Positions 1-9,092 of a stretch of 46,542 nucleotides of DNA are shown in pieces. How positions within the stretch are numbered: position 1 is the stretch's first letter; each line of letters begins with the position of its first letter. The position numbers and the translations under genes were made by a program. The DNA comes from a virus (taxonomy: Duplodnaviria; Caudoviricetes). The notes beneath the pieces are model-generated. The model did not search any database. It worked only from the letters and a program-made list of their open reading frames with translations, and had not been told where the DNA came from. The stretch lies in the IMG/VR virus record IMGVR_UViG_3300049167_000222, positions 1 through 46,542 of that record; one strand, 5' to 3'.

Positions 1-273
1 TCATGCCTTCCCCCTTTCACGAACAATCTCGATCGTCGCTTTCATGAGGTCGGCCTGATCTTCCATCTGGTTTTTCAGGATCTCGGTCATGCCGGCCCAT
101 TTGACGGCATCGTTCTTGTGGGACTCGACTGCTGCCAGGAGCTGATCTTGAACCGAGAAGAGCTTCTTGGTGATCAGGTACAGCGCCACGATGGCAAGCA
201 GCGCCACCGTGCCGACGACTCCGACGTCGATAAAGCTCTTGCTGGCGCTGATCACGGTTTCGTCTGGTAGCAA
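1..273 (-). CDS. Small single-TM protein, holin/lysis accessory candidate
   Basis: TTG start at 273 after GAAAGG; TM VGVVGTVALLAIVALYLI; distal to endolysin and spanins. Confidence 0.5.
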   Translation of the reverse strand: MLPDETVISASKSFIDVGVVGTVALLAIVALYLITKKLFSVQDQLLAAVESHKNDAVKWAGMTEILKNQMEDQADLMKATIEIVRERGKA

Positions 274-480
274 TTGGAGGCCTTTCAGATGATCTATGCC
301 GAAGGAGCTATGGTCGCTTGCGCGAAAAAGGGTATCTCGGCTTTCGCAGGGTGTCGGCAACTCGAACAAGAAAAACGGTTGAGCGGCCGGCGTTTGGACC
401 CTGATCTCGTAACGGGTTCATGGGCTCGCGCTAGGGCGGACAGGCGCGAGCCCACTGTTCAGCAGCCACGAGGAGGTTGA

Positions 481-756
481 ATGAGCAAATGCATGTCTTG
501 CAGGGATACGGGCTGGGTTTGCGAGGCTCACCCAACGAAACCATGGAGCGGGACCCATGAATGCGGCTGTGGCGCCGCCGGCATGCCTTGCCTCCAATGC
601 TCCGCGCTCATCTGGGACAAGCCTCCGGATATGTCGAAGGTGTTCCGGTCACGCACGTCAGCCAGAAGAAGATTCACTGACAGAGATCTACTTCCAAAGT
701 TTTACTTGCGTGCCTGGGCGTTGGCCAATAGGAATAACCTCAGTGCGCCAAGGTAA
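481..756 (+). CDS. Small Cys-rich (Zn-binding-like) hypothetical protein
   Basis: GAGGAGG RBS; CxxC..GWVCEAHP..CxC..CxxC pattern. Confidence 0.6.
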   Translation: MSKCMSCRDTGWVCEAHPTKPWSGTHECGCGAAGMPCLQCSALIWDKPPDMSKVFRSRTSARRRFTDRDLLPKFYLRAWALANRNNLSAPR

Positions 757-762
757 ATTCCC

Positions 763-927
763 ATGTACGAGAACCAATACGTCGACGACAGAGAACAAGA
801 CGACGACGAGGATGGCGCGCTAGTCGAACCATCTACACCCCGGTCTGAGGCGGAAGGTCGGATTTTACGGATGCAGTACATCAGCGTTGTACTACTGTCC
901 GCGATCTTGATTTCTTTGTGGATCTAA
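763..927 (+). CDS. 54-aa acidic protein with C-terminal TM (not in ORF track)
   Basis: Hand translation MYENQYVDDREQDDDEDG...YISVVLLSAILISLWI*; follows 481..756 by 6 nt. Confidence 0.45.
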   Translation: MYENQYVDDREQDDDEDGALVEPSTPRSEAEGRILRMQYISVVLLSAILISLWI

Positions 928-937
928 TTGAGAGCAC

Positions 938-1210
938 TTATTTTTTGTATGGCACTCCGCTGACCTTCTGGTCATGCGCCAGGCACTCCCCCCGCGTCCA
1001 TACGCCCGCCCCACAGACCCCAGCGACCGTGTCATCGATCGCCTCCTGGTCATCCGGAGTCGCGCCTCGCACACCGATCAGAGACGTGCCAACGATCGCC
1101 CTAGCTGTGCGGGACAGTTGCTCCTTCGAGGCACTGACCTGTTGAGTTGAGGTACACGCCACCGCGCTCACGGCACATACGACGGTTAAAGCGAGCCTTG
1201 TCAGCTTCAT
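938..1210 (-). CDS. Outer-membrane lipoprotein, o-spanin (Rz1-like)
   Basis: Signal peptide with lipobox-like AVAC; overlaps 3' end of the i-spanin candidate. Confidence 0.7.
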   Translation of the reverse strand: MKLTRLALTVVCAVSAVACTSTQQVSASKEQLSRTARAIVGTSLIGVRGATPDDQEAIDDTVAGVCGAGVWTRGECLAHDQKVSGVPYKK

Positions 1211-1388
1211 TGGATAGCTCTCCTACGGCCTTATCGGTTGCTGCCTGCATGGTGGCGCGCTCGACGGCGCGCGCCTCGCCCTTGGCGGCCGGAAGCCACC
1301 ACACGGCGTTGATGGTGGTGAAGATGGCGAAGCCGAGGGCGAGCCCGCCGGCCCCACCGATCGCCATGCTGATCTTGTCGGTGATCAT
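1101..1388 (-). CDS. Inner-membrane i-spanin (Rz-like)
   Basis: N-terminal TM, helical periplasmic part, two Cys; ATGA overlap with endolysin stop. Confidence 0.7.
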   Translation of the reverse strand: MITDKISMAIGGAGGLALGFAIFTTINAVWWLPAAKGEARAVERATMQAATDKAVGELSNEADKARFNRRMCRERGGVYLNSTGQCLEGATVPHS

Positions 1389-2356
1389 GGCTCAACCGCC
1401 GCCCGGATCTTGCCGATCGCCGAGACGACCGCGTTCTGCAGGAGGAGGAAGAGGATGGCCGCGACAAGTACGACGCCGGCGACGACCGCGACGACCCTCC
1501 AATCGAGACCCGCAAGCGCTGCGATGCCAAGCCCGCCGAACGATCCGCCGCCACCAAAGAGGCCGAAGATGTTGAATCTGCGCTTGACCTGCGTCTCGAC
1601 GGCGACCGGCACGACGGCCTTTTCTTCGATAACCGGCGATGACGAGAAGGCCGCCATCTTAACCGACGCTCCGGACATGGCGAGCAGATCCTCGTGCAAA
1701 GCCGCTCTGGTCCTCGGACCGACGTCCCCGTCGACGCCGAGGCCTCGCTCGGACTGATAGCGCCGGATGTCCGCTTCCGTAGGCTGGTAGCCGAGCATGA
1801 CGAGGGCAATGCGACCGTAATAGTCGATCCGGTCGGCGAGCCCGTTCTTGCCGCCATTGATCTTCTTGGTGATCGTCTCGATGTCGTTGCGATCGGCATA
1901 GGCGTTCAGGTTTCGCGTCGACCAATACCAGAGCGGCGCAAGGCCTTCCCACGGATCGGTGTTGACGAGATCCGGTTGCGCCACGAAATCAGGCGGATTG
2001 AAGCCCTTCGCCCGGCACCAATCGCGGAAGGCCGCATAATTGGCCTTGCCCGTGATCTGAACGCCGGCACGGCCGCGATAGAGGTAACCGTCGCCATCCG
2101 CTTCCGGCGTGTTACCGAGATCGGTGCGGGTGTCATAACGCACCTGCGCCGGCGTCGGTCCCCAAACCTCCTGATCGAAGCGAAAGGCGCCGCTCTCGTG
2201 CATCAGCTGCGCAAAGTAGTGCGCCACGCGATGCGGCCGATTCATTCCAAGCTCTATCCCGAACTTGTCGAGCGCGACGAGGACCGAGTTCATGTTGGCT
2301 TCGTTGACACGCGATTTTGCAGCCGCGCGGGTCTGCGCGGCACTGATGACGCTCAT
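1385..2356 (-). CDS. Endolysin: GH19 domain + peptidoglycan-binding domain + C-terminal TM
   Basis: AQLMHESG, YRGRAGVQITGKANY, ITKKINGG GH19 motifs; YQSERGLGVDGDVGPRT PG-binding motif; start MSVIS at 2356. Confidence 0.92.
   Translation of the reverse strand: MSVISAAQTRAAAKSRVNEANMNSVLVALDKFGIELGMNRPHRVAHYFAQLMHESGAFRFDQEVWGPTPAQVRYDTRTDLGNTPEADGDGYLYRGRAGVQITGKANYAAFRDWCRAKGFNPPDFVAQPDLVNTDPWEGLAPLWYWSTRNLNAYADRNDIETITKKINGGKNGLADRIDYYGRIALVMLGYQPTEADIRRYQSERGLGVDGDVGPRTRAALHEDLLAMSGASVKMAAFSSSPVIEEKAVVPVAVETQVKRRFNIFGLFGGGGSFGGLGIAALAGLDWRVVAVVAGVVLVAAILFLLLQNAVVSAIGKIRAAVEP
2296..2356 (-). repeat. Copy 1 of endolysin 5'-end direct repeat (copy 2 at ~8027-8088)
   Basis: ttggcttcgttgacacgcgattttgcagccgcgcgg...gcgcggcactgatgacgctcat nearly identical to 8027-8088. 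Confidence 0.9.
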
Positions 2357-2487
2357 AACGATTTCCTTCGAAATTAGGTCAGCAGAAAGCGGCTTTCGCC
2401 ATTCCTTTGACAGATGTTGGGCAAGGGCGGTGAATTGCGAGGAAGCTGTTTCCGTAGTATTGGGCCCACATGAACACGGGGGCGTGC

Positions 2488-3132
2488 ATGCCAATTCAAG
2501 TTACAGAACTTCGTGACTATCGAGATGATGGGAACAACACCATCAAGGTGAGAGGGAAGGTGAGATTCCCTTCCAGTTCATTGGTCCTGAAGGAGACCGG
2601 GGCACGCATTGAAGTGGGGCAGGACGTGTCGCTGCCACACTGCCAGATCGAGGTTGGGCGGAACTCAAAGCTGACGATCGGTGATCGATGCAGAATTAGC
2701 GGTAAGATCACCGTAGGGTATAACAGCCGAGTTCATATCGGGCATGGGCTCAATGTGACCGGAAATCTTATCATCCGCGCGGTGGAATCAACTTCCGTCG
2801 AAATTGGAGATGATTGCCTGTTTGGCTCGGATATTGTCATAAGAACTGCAGACGGTCATCCCATCTATGATGCCTACACCCGTGAACGCATCAATCACTC
2901 GAAATCAATAGCGATTGGCAATCATGTTTGGATTGCCGATCGGGCGATCGTACTCAAGGGAGTGACCATCGGGAATGCTTCGGCGGTCGGTGCTGGCGGC
3001 GTGGTTACGAAGAGCATAGGATCGAACTGCATCGCTGCAGGAAATCCGGCTCGGGTGGTTAAGACGGGTGTGACTTGGGAACTCGGCCTGTCTGATCGGA
3101 CCGAACAATACTATCTCTCCGAACCCGAATAA
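2488..3132 (+). CDS. Hexapeptide-repeat (left-handed beta-helix) O-acetyltransferase
   Basis: IGDDCLFGSDI, IAIGNHVWIADRAIVLKGVTIG, AAGNPARVVK. Confidence 0.9.
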   Translation: MPIQVTELRDYRDDGNNTIKVRGKVRFPSSSLVLKETGARIEVGQDVSLPHCQIEVGRNSKLTIGDRCRISGKITVGYNSRVHIGHGLNVTGNLIIRAVESTSVEIGDDCLFGSDIVIRTADGHPIYDAYTRERINHSKSIAIGNHVWIADRAIVLKGVTIGNASAVGAGGVVTKSIGSNCIAAGNPARVVKTGVTWELGLSDRTEQYYLSEPE

Positions 3133-3139
3133 AAGTCTG

Positions 3140-3532
3140 TTAATACGCGACGCCCATAATCCCGAAATGGGGTGACGTGCTTGCGATGACATCGACACAC
3201 GAATTTCCTGTGATGAACCGATATTGGGTCAATGGATCAACGCTGTCGGCTATCGTGTCTGCGTTAGCGTCCCAGAATGCCGATCCAACCACCGTATATG
3301 CGAAGTGATGCCTATCTATCCCTTCACTGGGCGTGCTCTCTTTATCTAGCACCGACAGATCATCGACGATCCGCAATATCTCGACCTGTTTGAACGCCAC
3401 TCTCAGGTTGACTTTACTCCTCGCACTGACGTACTCGGCAAAGGTCTGACCGGGCGTCCAAAGGGATCTAGAGAGTGTCAAATCCAATGGCTCGAAGTTG
3501 GGATTCAGCTCTAGCGCTGTATAGCGAGGCAT
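3140..3532 (-). CDS. Hypothetical protein, probably co-transcribed with FkbM gene
   Basis: 130-aa ORF starting 8 nt after FkbM stop. Confidence 0.6.
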   Translation of the reverse strand: MPRYTALELNPNFEPLDLTLSRSLWTPGQTFAEYVSARSKVNLRVAFKQVEILRIVDDLSVLDKESTPSEGIDRHHFAYTVVGSAFWDANADTIADSVDPLTQYRFITGNSCVDVIASTSPHFGIMGVAY

Positions 3533-3540
3533 GACGTTGC

Positions 3541-4239
3541 CTACAGCTTCCTGAAAAGGACAACTCCACCCATGGAGTAATTCTGATCATAGTAGAAGCC
3601 AGATCTCGAGAAGCCCTCGAATACCGCTTTTATGCCTGTCGCCCCGATGACACCCTGATGCAATTCAATAAGGACCTTTTTCACGGTCCGGAGCGGCATC
3701 CCGTCAAACACATGAGCTTCCCCGCCCTCTATGTCGCAGACTATCATTGATGGCCTGAACTCTCGAACAACATCATAAAGGTCGAAGACGGGAACCATTA
3801 CTTCCTTAACGTTGGTCTCTCCTTCTTTTCGAGAAAGAGAAGACCCCCAAAAATCTTTCCTCACATAGAAGGGAATACTCTCTTGTTCCGAATCTCGCAT
3901 CAGAACGCCCGTTTTAACTTCGACATTCGAGACGCCATTCAAGCGATGCGTCGCCTCGATGATGGGAGCAAGATCCGGGTTGGCCTCGTAGGTCCGAACT
4001 GCCGCAGTCTTCTTGTTCTGAGCGGCGATTGTGGAAATAAACCCTAGGCCGCCTCCGAGCTCCAATATTCTGTCACCGTCCTCAATTATCTGATTTAAGA
4101 CCTTCCCCTCCCGGGATTCATATCGGCCTTCGCGCATAAATTTCAATACGGTATCCGATACAGCCGCTTCAGGCACCGAGATCTTCACCCCAAGATGCTC
4201 GACGAATTCCGGCCTAAGGGTGCTATTCGGACTTCCCAT
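3541..4239 (-). CDS. FkbM-family SAM-dependent methyltransferase
   Basis: ILELGGGLGF SAM motif, YEANP, CDIEGGE; ATG at 4239 with GGAG RBS. Confidence 0.88.
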   Translation of the reverse strand: MGSPNSTLRPEFVEHLGVKISVPEAAVSDTVLKFMREGRYESREGKVLNQIIEDGDRILELGGGLGFISTIAAQNKKTAAVRTYEANPDLAPIIEATHRLNGVSNVEVKTGVLMRDSEQESIPFYVRKDFWGSSLSRKEGETNVKEVMVPVFDLYDVVREFRPSMIVCDIEGGEAHVFDGMPLRTVKKVLIELHQGVIGATGIKAVFEGFSRSGFYYDQNYSMGGVVLFRKL

Positions 4240-4304
4240 CACATGCTCCAATTGCTAACTGCAGTGGGATCATATCGACAGGAATGTTCCAAGGGAAGGT
4301 ATCC

Positions 4305-6539
4305 ATGATGGATTTTGAGAGCCCGCTCATTACAGCAATTATTCCCGTTCGGCTTTCAAAAAATCAACTTTACGACGAGCCGCAGCGCATTTGGCGCATC
4401 CTGGAAACCCTCCCAAAATCATATGAGCCACTGATCATTGACTACGGAACCGGTGATGAGCGCAAGGGGGAACTGGCATCAATTGCCCATCAAACGAACA
4501 CCAAGATTGTTCGCGTCGAGACGTCGGATCGGCCTTTCAGTATCGGCCATGCGCGAGATATCGGCACGCAGCATGCCACCACTCCACTGGTCGTTTATCA
4601 CGACATCGACTTCCTGCTATCGAAAGAAAATTATGAGCGGGTAGTATACGAAGCACGACTTCGGGGCATGCCGGAGAACGCCTATCAGTTCTTCGCCATT
4701 CCAGGGGCTTACCTGACCGAAGAATTTACCGAGCGTTACCTTTCGCTGCATGCGTCGGGAGACGCCCTCTATGGCGACCTGTTGACCCATGACGGCGTAA
4801 TGCGCAACGACAAGGCCGTCTTCACGCACAACACATACGCAATCTCAGCGATCGTCGCCAATAGGTATCATCTCCTTGCAATTGGCGGCCATGATCGGAG
4901 TTTCACGGGTCACGGAGCGGAAGATTTCGAGCTGATGCACCGGTTGGTCTCCTACAATCACCGGGGACCGAGGACGCGTGACTATTACAAGAACACCAAA
5001 ATCAACTCGATCCAATCTTACGAAGGGTTCCGCGCCTACTACGCGCTCTATGGTATCGACGTGTTCCAGCGCGGCATCATTATCTCGCATCTTTGGCACC
5101 CGCGGCGCAAAGACATCGGCTATGTTGGCACGGACAATCAGATCCGGGTGTCGAAGGTGATGCAAGACTACGACAAAGGCCTTACCTACCTACACCCTCT
5201 AACGGATGAGACTTCCGATGAGGTGACCCTCGCATTGGTAAAGCCAGGAACGTCGCCGGCCAGAGCGCTTCGACATGCATTTCCCGCCATGGGCCGGTTT
5301 CAGTGCATTTCTGACGCTGAGTTCGAAGACGCCGAGTCGCTCATTGATTTCGTTGAATCCGAAGGCATCACCAGGGTATTCTTCCTAAACCCATACGGAA
5401 ACGAACATCGCCTGGCACTCTATAAAGAAGTCAAGGCAAGAGGCATCCCACTTATCGTCTACGATCGCGGTGCGCTGAACAACAGCTGGTTTTTTGATCC
5501 CAGCGGCTTCCTTGGTGAGAGCAACTCGTACGACCCTTCACTATGGGACAAGCCGTTGTCTGAGGAAGACCGCACGGCGACCAGTCACTACGTGGACAAG
5601 TTGCGATCGAGCTCCGACACACTCGAAAAGAATGGTGACCGCATCGGTGCCGTGAACTTGAGAAGCTCCTACGGAATTGGCGATCGGAAGGTGCTGTTTG
5701 TTGCGCTGCAGAGACCGTCCGACACTGCTACAGTATACTTTTCAGGGCCATGTAAAGACGCCCACCATTTCAATGAGTGGATTAGGATACTAACCTCCAC
5801 CATCGATAAGCGTCGCTATGCCGTTGTGGTGAAGAAGCATCCTCTTGAGACCGAACGGCCTGATCTCCATGGAGCAATATTTGTCAAGGATGATACCCAC
5901 ATCAATGACCTTATCGAGTTAGCGGATAAGGTCATTGTTATCAATTCCGGCACGGGCTTGATTGCGGCCGCTTTGGGTACGGCGGTAATCTGCTGCGGGA
6001 ATGCTTTTTATGCTCACCCCGGTATCGCCCATCAGGCTACATCAGCCGATGAATTGCTGAACCTTTCGACGCAGAATTTGGGGCAGGACCGTGAGCGGGT
6101 ATTTCGGTTTATGAAATACCTCCTCAGCGACTTTTATTCATTCGCAAAAACAGAGTACATCGAAAAGGCTCAGGCAGACGGTTCCCTCCGCCGCATTGCC
6201 CGCAAAGCAACATTTTCGGAGCTTCGGGGCATCGGAGAGAGAGCGATTACCCTTGGGGAGATCCCTGTGGGAATTTCACTAGATGCTCCTCTTTTCTATT
6301 CGTACGGGGGGCGTGCCGGTGTGGCAAAAAAAGCAGCATCAGCGGCTGTAGCTAAGCATAATGTCTCTTTGCTTCGGCGTCCACTCAAGACAATAGCGCG
6401 GCCCGTCGTTCGGAGGATCGGCAACAAGCAGGATCTCCGCGACTTTGATAGCGACCCCGCCCGGTTCTTTGCTAAACTTAAAAACCCTTGGTACCGCGGT
6501 ATTGGTGCGGTGTTATTTCCCCTGAGAAATGAGCAATGA
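4305..6539 (+). CDS. Fused glycosyltransferase: GT2/GT-A domain + capsule KpsS/KpsC-like (GT107-like) domain
   Basis: IIPVR, HDIDF DxD, GGHDRSFTGHGAEDFEL; C-half ALQRPSD, VVKKHP, INSGTG, GNAFYAHPG. Confidence 0.85.
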   Translation: MMDFESPLITAIIPVRLSKNQLYDEPQRIWRILETLPKSYEPLIIDYGTGDERKGELASIAHQTNTKIVRVETSDRPFSIGHARDIGTQHATTPLVVYHDIDFLLSKENYERVVYEARLRGMPENAYQFFAIPGAYLTEEFTERYLSLHASGDALYGDLLTHDGVMRNDKAVFTHNTYAISAIVANRYHLLAIGGHDRSFTGHGAEDFELMHRLVSYNHRGPRTRDYYKNTKINSIQSYEGFRAYYALYGIDVFQRGIIISHLWHPRRKDIGYVGTDNQIRVSKVMQDYDKGLTYLHPLTDETSDEVTLALVKPGTSPARALRHAFPAMGRFQCISDAEFEDAESLIDFVESEGITRVFFLNPYGNEHRLALYKEVKARGIPLIVYDRGALNNSWFFDPSGFLGESNSYDPSLWDKPLSEEDRTATSHYVDKLRSSSDTLEKNGDRIGAVNLRSSYGIGDRKVLFVALQRPSDTATVYFSGPCKDAHHFNEWIRILTSTIDKRRYAVVVKKHPLETERPDLHGAIFVKDDTHINDLIELADKVIVINSGTGLIAAALGTAVICCGNAFYAHPGIAHQATSADELLNLSTQNLGQDRERVFRFMKYLLSDFYSFAKTEYIEKAQADGSLRRIARKATFSELRGIGERAITLGEIPVGISLDAPLFYSYGGRAGVAKKAASAAVAKHNVSLLRRPLKTIARPVVRRIGNKQDLRDFDSDPARFFAKLKNPWYRGIGAVLFPLRNEQ

Positions 6540-6613
6540 TGAATTGCAGACGATGATGCCGGAGGCTCTTTCAGCTTCGAGATCGTGATCAGTCGCATGC
6601 AGAGAAGCGCTTG

Positions 6614-7744
6614 TTAAGGCTGTATGCCTCGTGACCCGGATGCGCGTCCACTTGGTTGCTCTAGAGAGAAGTTGGTGGTGATGCTGTTGGGGAAGTTATC
6701 ACTCCGGATTAAGGCTCGGGAACCACCAATGATAGCATTTTCAGCAACGGTATTATCCTGAGCAAAATCCAAGGGACTGAGACTGCTTCCGTAGGGGTGG
6801 CGAGGATCGGAAAAGCAGTACGGCTGGGTTCCTCCTCGCGAACCCAGCCATACGGCCGGCTTTTGTGTGATAACAGAGGCGTAGTTGAACGTGTTCCCGA
6901 CGATTATGTTGTATTCGGGCTTCTGGTGGCGGATGGTACCTCCCTCACCACAATTGCGGTAGAGGAATATGCCGCCGTAGGCGGGATCTTCGAACCTATT
7001 GCCTAGAATTTTGTTTTTAGCGGAGCCATCGAGCGCAATAAGCTCGCGCTTTGTCGACCGAATATTAAAGACATTGTTACTGATGACATTCTCCGCAGAC
7101 TCTGCATCCATATAAACTGCAGTACTCCTGGTGGTCCCGGAAATCTCCGAACCCTCCAACGCTGTTTTCGTCACTCCCGGTCCTATGTACAACGCGACAT
7201 TTCCAGGCGAGTTGATCTTAAGGTTATTGAGCTCGACTTCCCTGGGAGATGAGGCCTGCAAAAAGGCCGTATGATCCGGCTGCATCGAAGATTGTTTTAC
7301 ATCTTCTCCCCCTGCCGTGTAGGCAAGGCCAAGAACACGAATAAATCCGTTGATGTGACAGTTCTTTATGGTGACGTGTTGCGGTGGGTCCCATGTCCCA
7401 TCGGGCGTCCGAACGGAGCGCACTATGATGGCTATCCGTTCCAATGTGGTTGTGCCGGCAGTAACGTCGATAGTGGATTGATTGCAGTCAAAAACCGTAC
7501 CGGACGCTGCGGAACCTTCGAAAACGACATTCTTGGTTATAAGAGATCCATAGGGCAACGTAGTGGAACAGTTCAATACGAACTGCTGCGGCCCGCCGGT
7601 GTCGCGCCTGAGGAGCTGGTCGATAACTGATTGATCACAGGCCCGCCCTTGCTCCGGCCGGGCGGCAGAAGGGGTTGATTGCGCCGAAAGTATCTGCGTC
7701 GATAACAAGCAAGTGAGCGCTGCGCCGAGGCTAAGCATCTTCAT
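6614..7744 (-). CDS. Secreted right-handed parallel beta-helix protein (pectin lyase-like fold)
   Basis: Signal peptide MKMLSLGAALTCLLSTQILSA; repeated N-x-I-x-x-N rungs (NVISNN, NKILGN, NIIVGN). Confidence 0.75.
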   Translation of the reverse strand: MKMLSLGAALTCLLSTQILSAQSTPSAARPEQGRACDQSVIDQLLRRDTGGPQQFVLNCSTTLPYGSLITKNVVFEGSAASGTVFDCNQSTIDVTAGTTTLERIAIIVRSVRTPDGTWDPPQHVTIKNCHINGFIRVLGLAYTAGGEDVKQSSMQPDHTAFLQASSPREVELNNLKINSPGNVALYIGPGVTKTALEGSEISGTTRSTAVYMDAESAENVISNNVFNIRSTKRELIALDGSAKNKILGNRFEDPAYGGIFLYRNCGEGGTIRHQKPEYNIIVGNTFNYASVITQKPAVWLGSRGGTQPYCFSDPRHPYGSSLSPLDFAQDNTVAENAIIGGSRALIRSDNFPNSITTNFSLEQPSGRASGSRGIQP

Positions 7745-8001
7745 CGACCTGATCAGCTTTTTTCTCCTACAGTTCCGGCTTCGCCCGCTCACACCGCTTA
7801 CTAAAGCTATGACCGGCACCGCACCAAAGGCAAACTGGTTTCTGTTGGCAACCTTTATTTTTGTCATCTCGTAACCCTACCGGGTCGGCGCACGACACCA
7901 GCTTAGTGCAATGCAACCTCAAGCTTATTAGCCGGTACCGCCAGTTGCCTTGTGACCGCCATCTGATGACACAGTACAGGCTTAGGGCCACACGTCCAAC
8001 C

Positions 8002-8088
8002 TTACGTGTCGACCACAATCGTCTTCTTGGCTTCATTGACACGCGATTTTGCAGCCGCGCGGATGTGCGCGGCAGTGATGACGGTCAT
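8002..8088 (-). pseudogene. Remnant of endolysin N-terminus (MTVITAAHIRAAAKSRVNEAKKTIVVDT*)
   Basis: First 20 codons align with endolysin MSVISAAQTRAAAKSRVNEA, then diverge and stop at 8002. Confidence 0.85.
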
Positions 8089-8268
8089 GGTAATGTCCCT
8101 TTGAAGTTAGATTCGAGAAGCCGCATCCGCCTTTAGGAGTAGGCGGTAATTTCAATCGGTTTTTGTTCTTGGGTGCCGTGGCGAATGGTGACATCCGGTC
8201 ATATTGTGACCCATGGCCGCCGCCCCGCGAAATTGGTCGAGGGACCGCTCCCATTACAGGAGGACCTC

Positions 8269-8394
8269 ATGCATGCGCTCATGACATTCTTCGCCGCATT
8301 TCTGATGATGCCTGCCAAACTCGCGCCCGAGGCAAAGGCTCCAGAACAGCCGCGTACGCCTGAGAACTTGATCCGGATGGGCGCGGGAAATTAA
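8269..8394 (+). CDS. 41-aa small protein
   Basis: Strong AGGAGGA RBS before ATG 8269; hydrophobic N-terminus. Confidence 0.5.
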   Translation: MHALMTFFAAFLMMPAKLAPEAKAPEQPRTPENLIRMGAGN

Positions 8395-8407
8395 AGTCCC
8401 TGTTTTT

Positions 8408-8740
8408 TCAGTTCGGCCAGTCGATCGGCGCGATGCCGCCGATGAAGTCTTCAATGCTCGGTGGCGCAATCTCGCCGGCCTCGACCGCCGCGAGCTGCTG
8501 GAACATGTGCGCCAACGCCGCATCGCGCCAGGCGATGAAGGCTTCCGCTTCGGCCGCCCATTGCGGATTGGTGCTGGAGCTGTAGGCGACGATCGTCAAG
8601 CGGCTGTCGTACTGCTTTTCCTGTGCCACCTGATCTAGGTGGGCATCGAAAGCCGCCTTGTAGGCCGCGAGCATGCCGGCGCGTTGTTCAGCCGCCTTCT
8701 GCGCAGCGGTGATGATCTTGGCAGGGTCAGGCGTCCACAT
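8408..8740 (-). CDS. Tail fibre assembly-like protein
   Basis: YDS..YSSSTNPQWAAEAEAFIAWRD motif; downstream of fibre gene. Confidence 0.7.
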   Translation of the reverse strand: MWTPDPAKIITAAQKAAEQRAGMLAAYKAAFDAHLDQVAQEKQYDSRLTIVAYSSSTNPQWAAEAEAFIAWRDAALAHMFQQLAAVEAGEIAPPSIEDFIGGIAPIDWPN

Positions 8741-9092
8741 TGGCGGGTTCCTCGTCTTCAGGTTCCGGGTCCACAGGGTCCGGTTCGGGTGGCGGTGGCG
8801 GATCGAACGGGATCGCCAGTTCGCCGTCCGGCGGATTGATCAGCGGTTCGGGAAAGGCCACGGCCTGTGACGGGTTCGGACCATGCGGCAGAATGAGCGT
8901 CAGATGGATTTCGCCGTCGATCCGGTCGACCGGGCCGGCGATCCACTCACACGGCACCTCGCCGGCCGGCAGGGTTGCGCCGTCCGGAAGCGAGATGAAG
9001 CTGAACAGCTCGCCGTTGATCCGGAGCTTATCGCCATCCTTGATGACCGTCATCGCACCATCGACGCGCTGCGGTGAAAAGGAAATATGCAT
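8727..9092 (-). CDS. Tail-fibre-associated protein
   Basis: MHISFSPQR..INGELFSF..LPDGATLP..ILPHGP; TGATG overlap with fibre stop. Confidence 0.75.
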   Translation of the reverse strand: MHISFSPQRVDGAMTVIKDGDKLRINGELFSFISLPDGATLPAGEVPCEWIAGPVDRIDGEIHLTLILPHGPNPSQAVAFPEPLINPPDGELAIPFDPPPPPEPDPVDPEPEDEEPANVDA

